64,000 nucleotides of DNA from Lingula anatina (taxonomy: Eukaryota; Animalia; Brachiopoda). The stretch is taken from assembly GCA_051362555.1 (NCBI GenBank), contig CM120645.1, positions 15,438,001-15,502,000 on the forward strand, read 5' to 3'. The position numbers were made by a program, and so were the translations under genes. The notes under the pieces are model-generated. The model was not told the DNA's origin. It ran no database searches and saw only the letters and a list, made by a program, of their open reading frames with translations. Of this stretch, positions 11,990 through 24,600 are shown in pieces; the first letter of the stretch is position 1, and each line of letters opens with the position of its first letter.

Positions 11990-14900
11990 CCATGTTTTTA
12001 ATAAATTTTCACTGAAATACATCATTACGGCAAGTTAACCTTATGACAATAAAGTCTAGCATCTAATATATATATATATATATATATATACACTATTATC
12101 ATTATTATTGTATTAAGAGTGGAAAAGTTTAATTTCAAATGACACTTACCTAGAAATTCAGATGTGAAGTATCTTGTCACGACTCTATGGCACTCCTCAC
12201 TCCAAAATCTCACATGTATATCCATCTGTTTCTTCTGCATCTTCTTATTCAGACTTTCATCAAACAAAATAACAAATGGCCCAGTTACACTTTCTTTCAG
12301 GAGTCTAGCGAAATATTCCCCCAATCCAAACACGCACAAGTAAGCAGATTTCTTTTCGCCACAAGTGAATTGTTGTGCAACCTTGCTGTTAGGGTCCATC
12401 CTCCTTAATAATTCACCAATGTTTTGTGAAGACCTGTACGACTGATGATCTGTGATTAATTTCAATGTCCACAGAATCTCTGCTTTGACAACATCGTCTT
12501 TTGAAACGAACGTGTCCAACGTAGCGTACTTGCTTGATGCCGACATTGTGGTACATGAAGACTTGCTTGATGCTGACGTAGTGGTACATGTAGGCGTGAG
12601 TGTAGTACAACTATTTCCAGGTGATTTCATAGTATTTCCCCATAACGAACTCAGCGATAACTGTCCACAGGAATTCAAGTTTGTCAATCTCATATTTTCG
12701 CGGTGTTTCATACCTCTAGCATGAGATTTCAGTGAAGAAACACCCATGTTCGATATATCAAATGTAGAGAAGCAAACTGAACAGCTAGCTCTTTTCTTGT
12801 CATTCGGCACACGTTTCACCCACTGTTTGAATTCCGGGTCGTGTTCCCACGCAAGGTTAAATACACAAATACCTTTTGTTGTTGACATGCTTGGTTAATC
12901 ATTCACAGAGCCACTCGTCTCGCACCGTGCGCATGCTGGGCCACACGTGTTCGATGCCGAACAGTCGATGTTAAATCAACAGTGATTGGCTAAAACGACT
13001 CTATCACTGCTTCGCGGAAACAGCCGAATTGCTCGATGCTCAACAAACACAATAACACGAAATACTACTCTGCGTCTTTCACGTAAACTAACTAGAAAAC
13101 TACCGAATAGACGTAATAATTTTCAAATTTCAAGGATTTCTCCAGGACTACTTTAAAGATTTAAGGACTATTCAAGGAGCACAAGCAAATTCCAGGATAT
13201 TCCAGGATTTTATCTAAATTCCAGGATTTTCCAGATTTGTGCGAACCATGTGAAAGAAAACAAACTGTCCACGCAATTTCAAGTTTCTTCGCAGTCAGCA
13301 AAATGGCCAAGAGGAAGTATGGTCTGAAAACTCAGTGGCAGCATAAACAAATATTTGGGCCGATGAGAATATTAAACAGAAAATAACACCGTACACACCG
13401 AAAGCGGTCTTGAAGGCAGCTACTGCGCATGATCAACAGGATATACCGTGACTCCCCTAGTGAGCACAGTTGCAATTACCAGATCTAGCAAGGTAAATCA
13501 CGATTTCGTTTTTACATGTGTGAACGCAAAAAAGTGAATTTAGCTAAGCGTGTTAGAATCGCGATTCCCTAAATCTCGATTAACCATGTACGTGTGAATG
13601 GGGCTATTATCTACTGCGAGATGATGAATTTTGCGTGCTGCCCACAGGTTACGGCAAGTCCCTGATATTCAGCCTTATCTTTGATTGGTCCGGATTTGAA
13701 CAAAGCGCGCTTTGACTCGTTCGCATTCATTGGCTCGATCATTCAATGAGTCATTGAGGGCGGGCTTTACATTTGATTGGCGGGCGGTGCGGGCAATCGA
13801 ATGTGGTCAGAGGTAACTTGACACAATGAAGATAGGCTATAGGGAAGAAGTTAGTGTCAAGTTATCTCTGAAGCTCAGGGTGACAATTTCCTACTGCGTA
13901 TCAATAAGGGAGTAATGAGTTCTCAACAATCTCCATATCGAACGTGCAAATAGGCAGGTGAAGAGACTTGTTCTTTGTGATTAATATTGCATATCTGCAA
14001 TTAGCATTTATTATGAATGCACCATGAAATCACAGTTTAAGTTGTTAATTCTGGTTTTTGCAATCACAAACCCATGGCTCAAAATCACTAATAACAATAT
14101 TTAGCTTGTGTTACCAAGCACACATTTCAGTTACTAAGCAGGCATTCTTGTTACCAAGCCGACGTTTCAGTTTTGGAACAGTCATTTTAGTAAAAAAAAA
14201 AAAAAGAAAAGAAAAAGAAAGCAGCCTGATGCATATTAAATCTTGTCTGACCACAAAATGACATTTTGTCAAAGCAGGCATCCTAATTACCAGGCAGACA
14301 TAAGATTACCTCATAAAGTCTTCATCACAACGTCAGCAGCATTATCTATATGCAATAACCAGCAGAGTTCTTCCAAAGACAACTATACCATATTATTGTC
14401 TAACTTGTTATTACTTTGTCATATTACTGAAATTACAAAGTAATAACAAATCAGGCAACAATGCTGTTACTGAAGACAATATATCACCTAGCTGCAGTTC
14501 ACAACTGGAGACGGCTGAATAAAGTGCAGCCTTCCGCATACGTGACACAATCAGATAAAGAATTAGTTTCTCTCCAATTTTTCTCTCCAATTTCTCATCA
14601 ACTGAATAAAATTGGAATTCATTGGAAGACTTTCCCAAAATACAATTTCCATACAAATGCATGCTTTTACCACATTATTTTTCTTTTTTTTTTTTTGCTC
14701 CCAAACTCATTCCCTTAAGGACATCTCATCTAGTGAAGTTTAAAAAAGGCAAGTAGATGTTGACAACACTAACATCTCCTGAACTGGCTCAACAGGGGTT
14801 TGATCTTTATCAATTGACTTGAGATAATACAGATTGAAAAATATATCTTGACGCACTTTTATTTCAAATAATTTCATCTCAGAAAGACAGCAATCAATAT

Positions 14901-17900
14901 AAGATAGTGTCAAATACAAATGTCATATCCAAAAATAACTTTCTTCTCGAAAATCAGATCAAGTCGATAAATCTGCCACCTTCACACCAGTTGACAGTTT
15001 GCTACTGATACAATGGCCGCGTTCAAAACAAGCTTTAGATGGCAAGCTTTTAAGTGGGTAGCCATATTTGATCCGCTGACTATTAGGCCACATTCAGAAC
15101 AGTGCAATGACTAGTCCTCGGATCAAATATGGCTACCCACTTAAAAGTTGCCCATCTAATCCCCTAATAGACACTGACTATATTCCCTGCGGGATTAAGC
15201 ATTCACGTGGGTCGAATGTACTTGATTGTCAGACTAGTTTTGTGAATGCGGCCTCTCAGATCCATGGCCACATAAGTTCCTAGACTAATACTGTATTTTC
15301 AAACCCTACGCTCAACATGGTACTAGTCTTGTAAGTAACCAGTAAGTTAACTGGATCAAAGCATTCGGAAGCAAATTTGTGAAAGAGAGTAAAATCCCCA
15401 GTAGCAAAATAACCTGTAAGGACCAGTGAAAGTATTTCGATACAGAAAAATATACTGCATGACATGAAAAGAACCTAATATATAAAACCACAGACAGGTA
15501 TACTGCAGGAAATTAAAAGGAACCAGAAACCATAACCTCCCTTAGCATCTCATCCGGCTACATAAATAAATGAGCCGATGTGGGAGCACAGTGCATTTAC
15601 CTAGACCATTTATGACCGTAATTTTGCCATTAATTTCACAAACAAATGACTACTAGGCCTTCTTACTGTGCGGTGTTGCTACTGTTCTGTCAGGATTAAA
15701 AAGGGCAATCAATCAGTTAAAAGAAATTCAAGCTGTATTCACCATCTCATATTTCTGAGCAACAGCACCATCAATCATATAGACCATATTGGTTCCCAGC
15801 GTTATTGTTTTTAATTAACGTGCATCTACGTGCAACTTGTATATTGCCAACAGTGTTATTATCACATAACACAATATATCAATTGGCAACAAAAAAATTA
15901 AAACTGGACAGAAAATAAATGTGTTCACCTGGCTATTATGAAGACAAAAAATAAAAGAACAGCAGGTTGAGAAATCTATTTGTTTACACATTCAATAGGT
16001 GGGTTAACCACAGCATCCGAAATGCTCCATTTTTCATAGACATAATTCTCTGTCTTCCTTAACCTCGTAGTAGTTGGTCTAACACATGGCTGTATTACAC
16101 TGCAGAGGTTATATTTAGTGCACATGCTAGTACAGGTTCACTGACTTAAGAGTACATATTAAATGATCGCCTTGATGTCAAAGTCTTCCTGTAATTTTTC
16201 ACAATGATGAATACTCATGCCACTGTTACAATTACTGATGTTTGTCTACTAGTCCAGACATCAAAACTGTCCTATATATCAATGAGCATGAATTCAAGAC
16301 AAGAAACCAAGTTCACTTACTTAACAATAGGTTGATCATGATGCTGTGATGCTTTTATGTCCTCTAACTTAAAAGTCTGTACTGGTAAATACAATCCTCT
16401 CCTTTCTGTCTCTCTTTCTCTCTATCTCTCTCTCTCTGTTCCTGGCTGTTATTACTGTTGTCGTCACCTACTGGCATAACAACCTTCCCATCTGTGCATT
16501 ACAGGTGGCAGTACTGCAATAACAGTTGAGGTCTGCGATCATATCACTACACACGCTGTACACTGCTCTTTTCACATAACTAAAACCAGTCTGTGTGCAT
16601 CAAGCAAAGCCTGCAGTGAGTCACTCGCTCCAAACAAGTTCAGTGTGTGTTAACTCAGACGTTGCCTGCCTGCCCGCCTGTCTGCTGCCGATCTGTTATC
16701 CAGCCTCTCTGAACACATCAACAATACAGGGAAGCACTGACGAAGGAACCACCTGTCTACACCAGCCTCACGATTCAAGTCACGATATCCTGGTCATGAA
16801 GTAATAACTGCTCAGTCTGCACTTTATCTCTTAATCAAGACAATAGACAAGTCTTAATAGATCATCTCAATACAGGGAAGAGCTTAATAAAGGAAAGATT
16901 AGGTATCAGTTGGGCATATTCTTAGAGATATTTTACATTACATAAACCTCACAGATTAACACCACTGTGTGATAGCTATATATTTTATATAAAACATCCT
17001 TTGATTGGTATTCTACCTGCATCACACACATTATTGAATAACAGGCTTGGCGTTAATACTGAGTAAAGTTGGCAACATTAATCCTTTGTTCCTGGGTTTA
17101 TATAACACAGCATAATACAAGTCTTTGCAATTACACAAGCTAGTTAATGATATTACGCATTTGGAAATGGATGGGGAAATTAATCTGCCATTAAAGGACA
17201 CATCTAAAGTAGAACTTCACCAGATATATCTTTGGGCTTGGGAAAGATGGGCTTATTCTATTGACATGCACTTTAGGGACCCCCGAGTTCTTTTGTTCTG
17301 GATGGTCATGTTATAATGTATCCAAGCTAAGACTATTGACCAACTGGCTCTGAGAGTATTTATCTGCATGGTAGTCCTGGAGAGAGAGAGAGAGAGCGGA
17401 TAATGCTGACCATATACTGTAAACCCATAAACCTGAAGTCACGGATCTATATGAAATACAGCAGGCTCAGCCCACGAATGCAAAATATACCGAGAGATAT
17501 ATAAGCACAAAGCTGATTTGATTATTTAAAAGTAGGAGGACTATTACAACTGGACTAATCATAATGAAATCTGAGCATACACTGCTGGGAGTTCTATATT
17601 ATCTATAGAATATTATGGACTTCACAGGAGTTAAAACATCAATTATTTGTGAATAATTGATTGGAATGACCCAATGCTTACTGTATAGAGGTGGACCTCT
17701 GCTGCCCTGGCAACTTGCCCATTGCTATGACAACCAAATATAGTGTCATAACTGTTGGCGTGTTTTACAAAGTTGTACTCAGGAAGGAGGGCATGGTGGT
17801 AGCAAAGAAGGTTCATTTCACCCTTAAAATTTTGGTTTTAAAATCCTTTTTCTTTTGTTCAAGTGGAGCTACTATCTCTGATTTTTGCCATGTATTCCCC

Positions 17901-18081
17901 TCTCCTCTCCCCCCCCCCCCTACACACACACTTAAAAACTAGATCTGACAGACCTTTAAAAGTTTCACTGGTATTTTTCTGATATAAAATGACCTTCGCC
18001 TCTGAACACACTTCCATAACCTTTGTTTTAGTCAGCTAGCACAAAGTCCTATCCAATTAAAAGTTCTGCAACAAATTAGAA

Positions 18082-18116
<35 letters not shown>

Positions 18117-21100
18117 ATACATCCATAAAAACAATTATATTGATACAGGAAAAAAAAACACAGGGAATGAGCAAAGCTTAACCATGGTTTAGGTAACATT
18201 TACTGACCACAAGATCAATAATTGCATGACAACTGGATCTCAGGACTCTCTGACAACCAGAGACTATATTCAAATTATCTTACCTTCAATACCAGACTGA
18301 TTGGAAACAATACCAAAAACATATTCCATCACAAACCCGAGCATCATTTTTTTCCCTCTGATCATCAATGTAGACAGCTGTTAATATGGCAGAGGGTTTC
18401 TCAGGAGTGTCTCAGTTATAATTTTCCTACTCATCCAGGGAGGCCAAACCTTTCTGGCAGCTTCTGTGGAGATGGCTCATTTCCATTTTACTGAACTGTC
18501 TTTTCTGGGAAAATCGGTTCCAGTGATGTCATACATTTCCATCAGACGCCAACTCCACTGAGACTTATAATAGCAGAATTCTGAGACTTATGAGCTGAAG
18601 AAATCCCTCAAGTGAGCCAGAGATAGGTTTTCTAGTTAATCATACTCATCAAACGAAGACAGGTTGCGTGAGAGGGACCTTCAGAAATGGCACAGCAAAA
18701 TGCTTGAATATATCTGTTCTATTACTGTATGAATGGTGATGTCTTTTAGCTCAGGCACCATAAATTTCAGGCCCAAGGAAGGAGTGATTGTGGGGGTTTG
18801 AACAAACTTCCCTTTCCACTGCTCTAGTTCAAAATTTGATCCTAAAGGCTCTATGTCAGTGCTGTAGCACACACAAAATACAACATAAAAACACTCAAAG
18901 ACTAAAATGATGTACCATGAAATTGCTGGTCACAGGCCTGGCATTCACTCAACTTCAGTCACCATGAATAATGATTCTCTTCCCAAAGCTGACTTACTTT
19001 CATTCATTTATCATAAAACCACTTGATTACTTTCGAGTGATACCCTTTCCATTCTTATCATATATCTAATGATCTTCACAATCTCTCTCACTTGCATTAC
19101 AACAAAAATAATTAGAATTAAAACTGAGCAGAAAAGGAATAAATGTGTTGACCTGGCAGCCTCAATAACTCAATTATTCTATAATTACAAAGAAGAAAAA
19201 AATAACATGAGGCAAAAAAAAAAAAATGTTTGTTTGTAACAGATAGGTGGGGGTCAAACCAAGGGAACATCACTGCACACATGGTTATTTGATTTATGTA
19301 ACTGTTATATAACACCATGTTGTATCTGATATTTACAAAAATAAGATCTTCATATTTTCATTAAACAAAAAATATCATCAAAAAACACTAGAAACAAAGT
19401 GTACTGCCTACTGGAAAAGCAGAAAAGCATAATCTATCCTTCTAGTAAATCCTATGAATCTCAACTTTTTTGGATGGGTTGATGGATGCACCAGACATTA
19501 ATTAATATAGTGTGCAGTTAATTTCCTCTATAGCCTGTAAGAATAATATTCACATGTATATACACACACTGACTATACATCAAATTTAATCACCCTCTCC
19601 TCCAAAATAACTAAATAAAGCCAATTTAGTTAGGGGAATTTTTTCAGCGGGCATCATCCAAAGTATTTGCCAAAAACTGAGATAATAATAATCACAGTAC
19701 TAAATCTACAACTTGTATCAAGGCCTAGTCGTGGTAGGTGTGGTCTGGCCAGGTTGTGCTCAACACCCACTGTGCTAGGTGAGCACTAAATGCTGATTGC
19801 TTTAGATGTGACTAGTATTTCTCCAACCACAATATGCATACCAGTAAACTAACGCATGTTCAAATTTGTCAACAGACAGGGTTTTTTTTCTCTTTTAAAG
19901 TCTAAAAATGTAGCCTATCTCAGAAATAACCCAAATGGGACAATGGTTAGGTTATATTCTGAAACTATTCATTACTGCTTTAAAAGTCTCACTTTAAATG
20001 CTGTGCATAACAGTGCATTCCTTTTGGTTGTCTTTATCTTGGTTTCACAAGAGGTCCCAGAGGCAACGTTATATAAATATCTCCTAGAATGTCTAGTTAA
20101 GTAAATATAGTATATTTCAAATAATTTGGGCTCAGCAAGTGGCACGCATCATAAATGAGAGGCTCTGATGCCTGATCATCAGAAGTTTTCTTTATTATTA
20201 GTACTCAGTGCAAATGCAAGACCACATTCCATACATGTGACTTCTTCAACATAGGAAATAAGTTTTAATCATATACATTAGCAAAGAATAACATGTGTAA
20301 GCACTCCAATATAACGTACAGATAAACAGATTCACAAGTCTTACTTAACTCATAGCTTTGTTGATAAGAAAACTGGTCTTTACCAGAATATATGAATTGA
20401 GGAGATGAGAGGTGGGGTAAAGATTTGAGATCTCTGTAGCATGGTGGATACTATTGTACAGTTATATTATTTCATGGGTTTGCACAACAGTGATATGTAT
20501 CCAAAAACTTATATAGGAATGCTAATGCACGAATTTTTGTGTAACATGTATATGAATCCTATAGTTTAACTAAAAATAATCTTACTGTGGGTCTTTAATC
20601 TGAAACATGCCTTGATTTTGAAATAGATTTTTGCTAGACATAATTGCAAAACTCTTGTTCCAAAAACCATGGGGTCATTTAAAGACAAAAAGACTCATTT
20701 TTTGTGTGTGTTATCAAACCGCATTAGCCCTGGTGTCATATGGTCTTTAAAATGTTAAAATATATACAGAGGATTCTAGCTGTACGTTGAATATTATGAC
20801 AAAGACCCAGCTGCTGGTATTATTTTTCAGAAAAATGCAAAAACCTTGTCTTGTGGCCAGTATTTTTGCAATGGCAATACACATGTGTCATATTGATTAG
20901 TTATATTTCGATCTTGTACATTCAGGGTTTACCTGTTGCTTGCAATTTATCACACAACGTGCCCGTTATTAAAAATGGAAACTTCAAAGATTCATCAGCT
21001 TTAAGTCAACCTGGTGATATTAAGACTTCGATTAATGTGCATAACGTGTGCCAATTATGAAGCGCTGAAATGCTATAACTGGACCCCTAGACTACTACAC

Positions 21101-21365
21101 TAGCGCCCTACAGCTTAGGCTACCCACTTCGACTATTACTTGTACTACTAGTAGTAGTACTTGGTGCTGCAGTGCCGGCAGATTTACAGTGTCAGCTACT
21201 GCATTTATGCTTACCGTAATTCAGCTTCTCTCCTAATTTTAACGGCCCTCTAAGGACATATATGACAAAGATGACTAGTAAAAACCAGACGGCCCACAGG
21301 TATGTCCACGACCAAACAATCCAGGCTTTAATTTTCTCAAAACATCTGCCCAGGATACCCGCCAT
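953..21365 (-). CDS. ST7: Suppressor of tumorigenicity 7 protein homolog; first 4 coding exons, gene continues beyond the left edge
   Basis: Exons 21365-21215, 5441-5359, 4130-3956 and 1123-953, all with GT-AG junctions in consistent phase (1,0,1,1). Spliced protein [28 protein letters not shown]...[47 protein letters not shown]...[48 protein letters not shown] closely matches the ST7/ST7L N-terminus. Confidence 0.96.
2816..3050. mobile_element. Old non-autonomous DNA element (MITE-like)
   Basis: Imperfect inverted ends tacggtaat...attacggta. The internal motif tacagtaaaagcaccacaaatgcta recurs at about 24138 and, diverged, at about 31522. Confidence 0.55.
8633..8840. mobile_element. Dispersed MITE-like repeat family, at least 5 diverged copies in the window
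   Basis: Degenerate TIRs aggctccattgccatagat / atctatgggaataaggtct. The core ctgattgca...cagagttgggtcgatc recurs at about 5130-5175, 6905-6950 (inverted), 38688-38740 and 50570-50633. Confidence 0.6.
9758..9844 (-). mobile_element. 5'-truncated non-LTR retroelement 3' end
   Basis: On the minus strand it ends in AATAAA followed by a (TATTG)n tail. Flanked by direct repeats GAAAGT at 9752-9757 and 9845-9850. Confidence 0.55.
10231..12888 (-). CDS. hAT-like DDE transposase, 2 exons, ~783 aa
   Basis: Exons 12888-12150 and 11843-10231 joined by a phase-1 GT-AG intron containing (TA)n. N-terminal BED-like Zn finger (CSVC...H...H), catalytic motifs FDES and SMDGPNVN, CxxH motif CGLH, RW motif KHRWL, and [11 protein letters not shown] (hAT C-terminal domain with the catalytic E). 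Confidence 0.92.
11931..11986. repeat. (TA)n microsatellite in the transposase intron
   Basis: Visible AT dinucleotide run; a second run lies at about 12066-12091. Confidence 0.95.
15015..15253. mobile_element. MITE, Harbinger-like, with internal inverted repeat
   Basis: TIRs ggccgcgttca / tgaatgcggcc. Internal inverted repeat ttttaagtgggtagccatatttgatccg / cggatcaaatatggctacccacttaaaa. Related copies at about 23797-23972 and 45748-45889. Confidence 0.7.
18082..18119. repeat. (AAAT)n microsatellite
   Basis: Visible tetranucleotide run. Confidence 0.9.
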
Positions 21366-21630
21366 GTTGGACAACTGTGTCGGAGAAATTGATACACCAT
21401 ACATAAAAAAATATTGCAATGCAGTATCTAATGAAATTATATTCAACGCTAACAGTGTAAGTTAGCTGCGATATCAGATGAATGGAAATATAATATATTA
21501 GAACTATTACTACTATTGCGATAGAATAATTCTTTTGAATGGTGGACGCAAAATTATGTTGTGTGGGATATCGTGTATGACCTTACTTATTTTAACCAAT
21601 CACGTTGAAGGTCAAGCTGTGACAACCAAA
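21366..21630. promoter_or_regulatory. Putative bidirectional promoter shared by ST7 and NDUFA12
   Basis: Only 265 bp separate the two divergent ATGs. Each ATG lies in a YY1-like motif (AACATGGCGG on minus, AAAATGGCG on plus). Confidence 0.7.
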
Positions 21631-24600
21631 ATGGCGAAGCTTCTGAAAGCTATCGCCGATGGCCTCGTCAAACAAGTTAAGATACCTGTCCAAGGTATCC
21701 AAATGCTTGGGAAAACGGTTCAGGCCAATGGTGGATTCTTTAATGGCGGATTGACAAGGACGGTTGTTCAGCTGTACAGGTAATTCTAGTGTGAATAGCT
21801 CAATAATCTGAAGGTGCTACTAAATCGAATGCGATTATCATTCTAGATTGTTGCAAAAAGGTAGAAGTCAGAAGTCGTTCCCAGATTTTTACGAAAGCTG
21901 TTATAATATTTCTTAGTTTGATTAAAACAAGAACCTATTGCTGTTAGTATACTCTGACTACAGTAGAGAACCACTATCAAGGAAATCTCATCAAAAATCA
22001 AAATGTAAATCAGGAATGCCAAGTAAGGTACAATGTAGTTGTAGTTTTTATACGCACAATCAAACCGTAAATCAAATTCCCACCTTGACGTTTAAGTCGG
22101 TCCTCTCTACCATCCAGTTTTTGAAGGGACGTTACCCCAGAGGTCGCATTGTCCAATGACATGGCTTCTTTTTTGTAAGCCCGGTGGAATTTGAAAGCAG
22201 AGAGGACCGACTTAAACGTCAAGGTGGGAATTTGGATTTACGGTTTGATTGTGCGTATGCTATGCATGGAATTTACAAACGAGCCATGGGATGATGTAGC
22301 CTGCAGTATTTGCTGGCAGTATTTTATTTCGATTATTATGTTTAAAATTGTGGAATCTTGTTTCACAAGCTTACTCTATTTTATTGTCTCTATGGAGGTA
22401 TATGGGGACTTTACAACATTCGGTTTGAAGGCTTTAACCACTTGTTATAGTTTATTTTTGCATTGTATTGGATTAATGTGGCAGTCCAAGGTTGTCCTAT
22501 GTGGTTTTCAAGTTTATGCACCTGATTTTAATACCATTTAGCGATTTTACGACAATCGTTTACTATCCAATCAAGGTGACAGCCGAGCGTGGAAGAGCCC
22601 ATGCGAAAGGCGGATCTGCCAGCAGAACATCAATTTATAGTTATTGACACCTGTATCATTCACATAGTAGCATATTTAATACAGGAAGAAAAAGGGTCCG
22701 TATAATTTATGCATATTGTATTTTGAATAGAATGGACAACGTCAAGTATGGCTTCTTTGTTGGTGAAGACAAATATGGCAACAAGTACTGGCAGAATGAT
22801 TTTTACTTCTTTGGTAAGATACATGATATGACATACAATCAATTTATTATAAAAAAATCCTCTAAAAACAGTTTACATACAAAATTAAAAGAATTGTTCT
22901 TTCATTACAAAAATTAACTTGAAGTCATTGATTTCTTGAATAAATACAGTAATAGATCTTTACCCTTTTTTTTTTTTTTGCATTGTCTAGAAGTACAGTT
23001 CTGAAGTCAGTGATAACAATAAAGGCAGGAATTTTCCCTTTTTTGGAGGATTCCCCTAGCATAAACGTATAAAATATATCTTAGAAAGTTGTTATATTTT
23101 ATAAAAGATTTTAAGAAATGGGAGGGGGAATCCCATGGAGATAACTAGAAAAGCACTCCGAGAATGCAGACCCCCGCCAAGGCAGCAAAGTCTCCACCCA
23201 ATGCCGTTTCACCCCTAAATTTTCCTTCTATAATGATTTAGTTTTTTATTATTGATTATTGATTGATTATTGATCCAGATCACCACCAAAAACTAATCAT
23301 CTGTTCCTTGGCCCACTTCTGACACTTCCTGAAAATTTCATCAAAATCGATTCATAACTTAGTTTTTTTTAAATTTAAGATTATTGATTATTGATTGATC
23401 CAGATCACCCCCAAAAACTAATCACTCTTAAGTTAGCCGCTTTCTGACCTACCCCTGAAAATTTCATCGAAATTCATAACTTTTTGAGTTAGGTTGATGT
23501 CAAACAAACAAACAAACAGGGGTGAAAACATAACCTCCTTGGGGGAGGTAATAAGGTCATTGAACTCTGTCCCTTTTAATTGTTAATTAGTTAATAAATA
23601 ATTAATTCTAATTTAATTTCCTCGACTCTGATGTACATAATGAATGTGGTTTTAGTTTACCTATATTTACTGCTGTAGGTTCTAACCGTTGGGTGGAGTA
23701 CAGTCCACAGGTGGGGATGAGGATAGATGCATCCCAGATTCCAGCAGAATGGTAAGTAAGATAGCAACTTAAAACCAAATAAAACCCCTTTAACATTGGC
23801 TGCTTTCAGAACAGTGGACTAACTAGTCCGAGGGTTAAATATGGCCAACCCACTTGAATACTTCCCACAGGGAATCTATTCAGTGTCTAATAGCGGATTA
23901 GACGGCAGGCTTTTTAGTGGGTCGCCATATTTGGCCCACGGAATGTTTAGTCCACTGGTATGAATGCGCCCATTGTGCTGCGAATACAGTGATGACTCAA
24001 TCTCTTCCATGGGGAAAATAGTGAATTTTACTGATATTGTATTTATTCAGGTCATAAATTCTTAAAATTGGGACATGACTACGTATTGAGTTGTAGCAAC
24101 AAAATTATAAAGCTGACTACGATACAGCTCTAATCTATACAGTAAAAGCACCACAAATGCTATGTAAAGAAACATATTTTAATGATTACAAATTACTAAA
24201 TATGAAAGGTTGTTATCTATTCCCCATTGAAAAGGTCGAGTCATAGTATTAAAATGATCCAATCTAAACTGTTCCATGATGACAAGTCCTAATGTGTTAT
24301 CAGCAGAGCCTAAAGGGAACTTTCACTCTCTTTCACAAGTTCCCCCCAGGTTTGCTGTCTATTGTTTGGCCATGCTAAGCATGGGGCTCCGTTAAGGTGA
24401 CCCTCTTGTGTAAAAGCTAGGTTATTAGATGATATATATCTCACTTAAAGTATACCACTCAAATGTGAAAAGGGTATAGGAATCCAACAAGAGGTGGAGT
24501 TAATGTTTTGCCTACCAAAGCTGATTGTTTGTAATTTGAGAACATTAAAAAAAAATACTGTACTGATGTTAATAAAAACTATCAATTAAATGTGTTAAAG

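Larger units (their letters stand above)
9855..13250 (-). mobile_element. hAT-superfamily DNA transposon, hAT5 type, with transposase gene (inner element of the nest)
   Basis: Termini CATGGTTC...GAACCATG, 5-bp TSD TGAAA at 9850-9854 and 13251-13255, clustered subterminal TCCAGGA repeats at both ends, and an internal transposase gene. Confidence 0.9.
9516..13605. mobile_element. PIF/Harbinger-group (PHIS) non-autonomous element (middle element of the nest)
   Basis: TIRs aaccccattcacacg / cgtgtgaatggggct. 3-bp TSD ATT at 9513-9515 and 13606-13608. Subterminal aatcgcgatt repeats. Excising it restores the reading frame of the outer element's helicase remnant. Confidence 0.85.
9075..13882. mobile_element. 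Non-autonomous DNA transposon with ~75-bp TIRs and a RecQ-type helicase remnant (outer element of the nest)
   Basis: TIRs caccctgagcttcagagataacttgacactaac... / ...gttagtgtcaagttatctctgaagctcagggtg. 8-bp TSD ACAATTTC at 9067-9074 and 13883-13890. Internal fragment [32 protein letters not shown] appears once the inner insert is removed. Confidence 0.9.

Noticed and set aside
12187-12724. Several ORFs overlapping transposase exon 1
   Set aside because: Antisense or alternate-frame shadows of the transposase.
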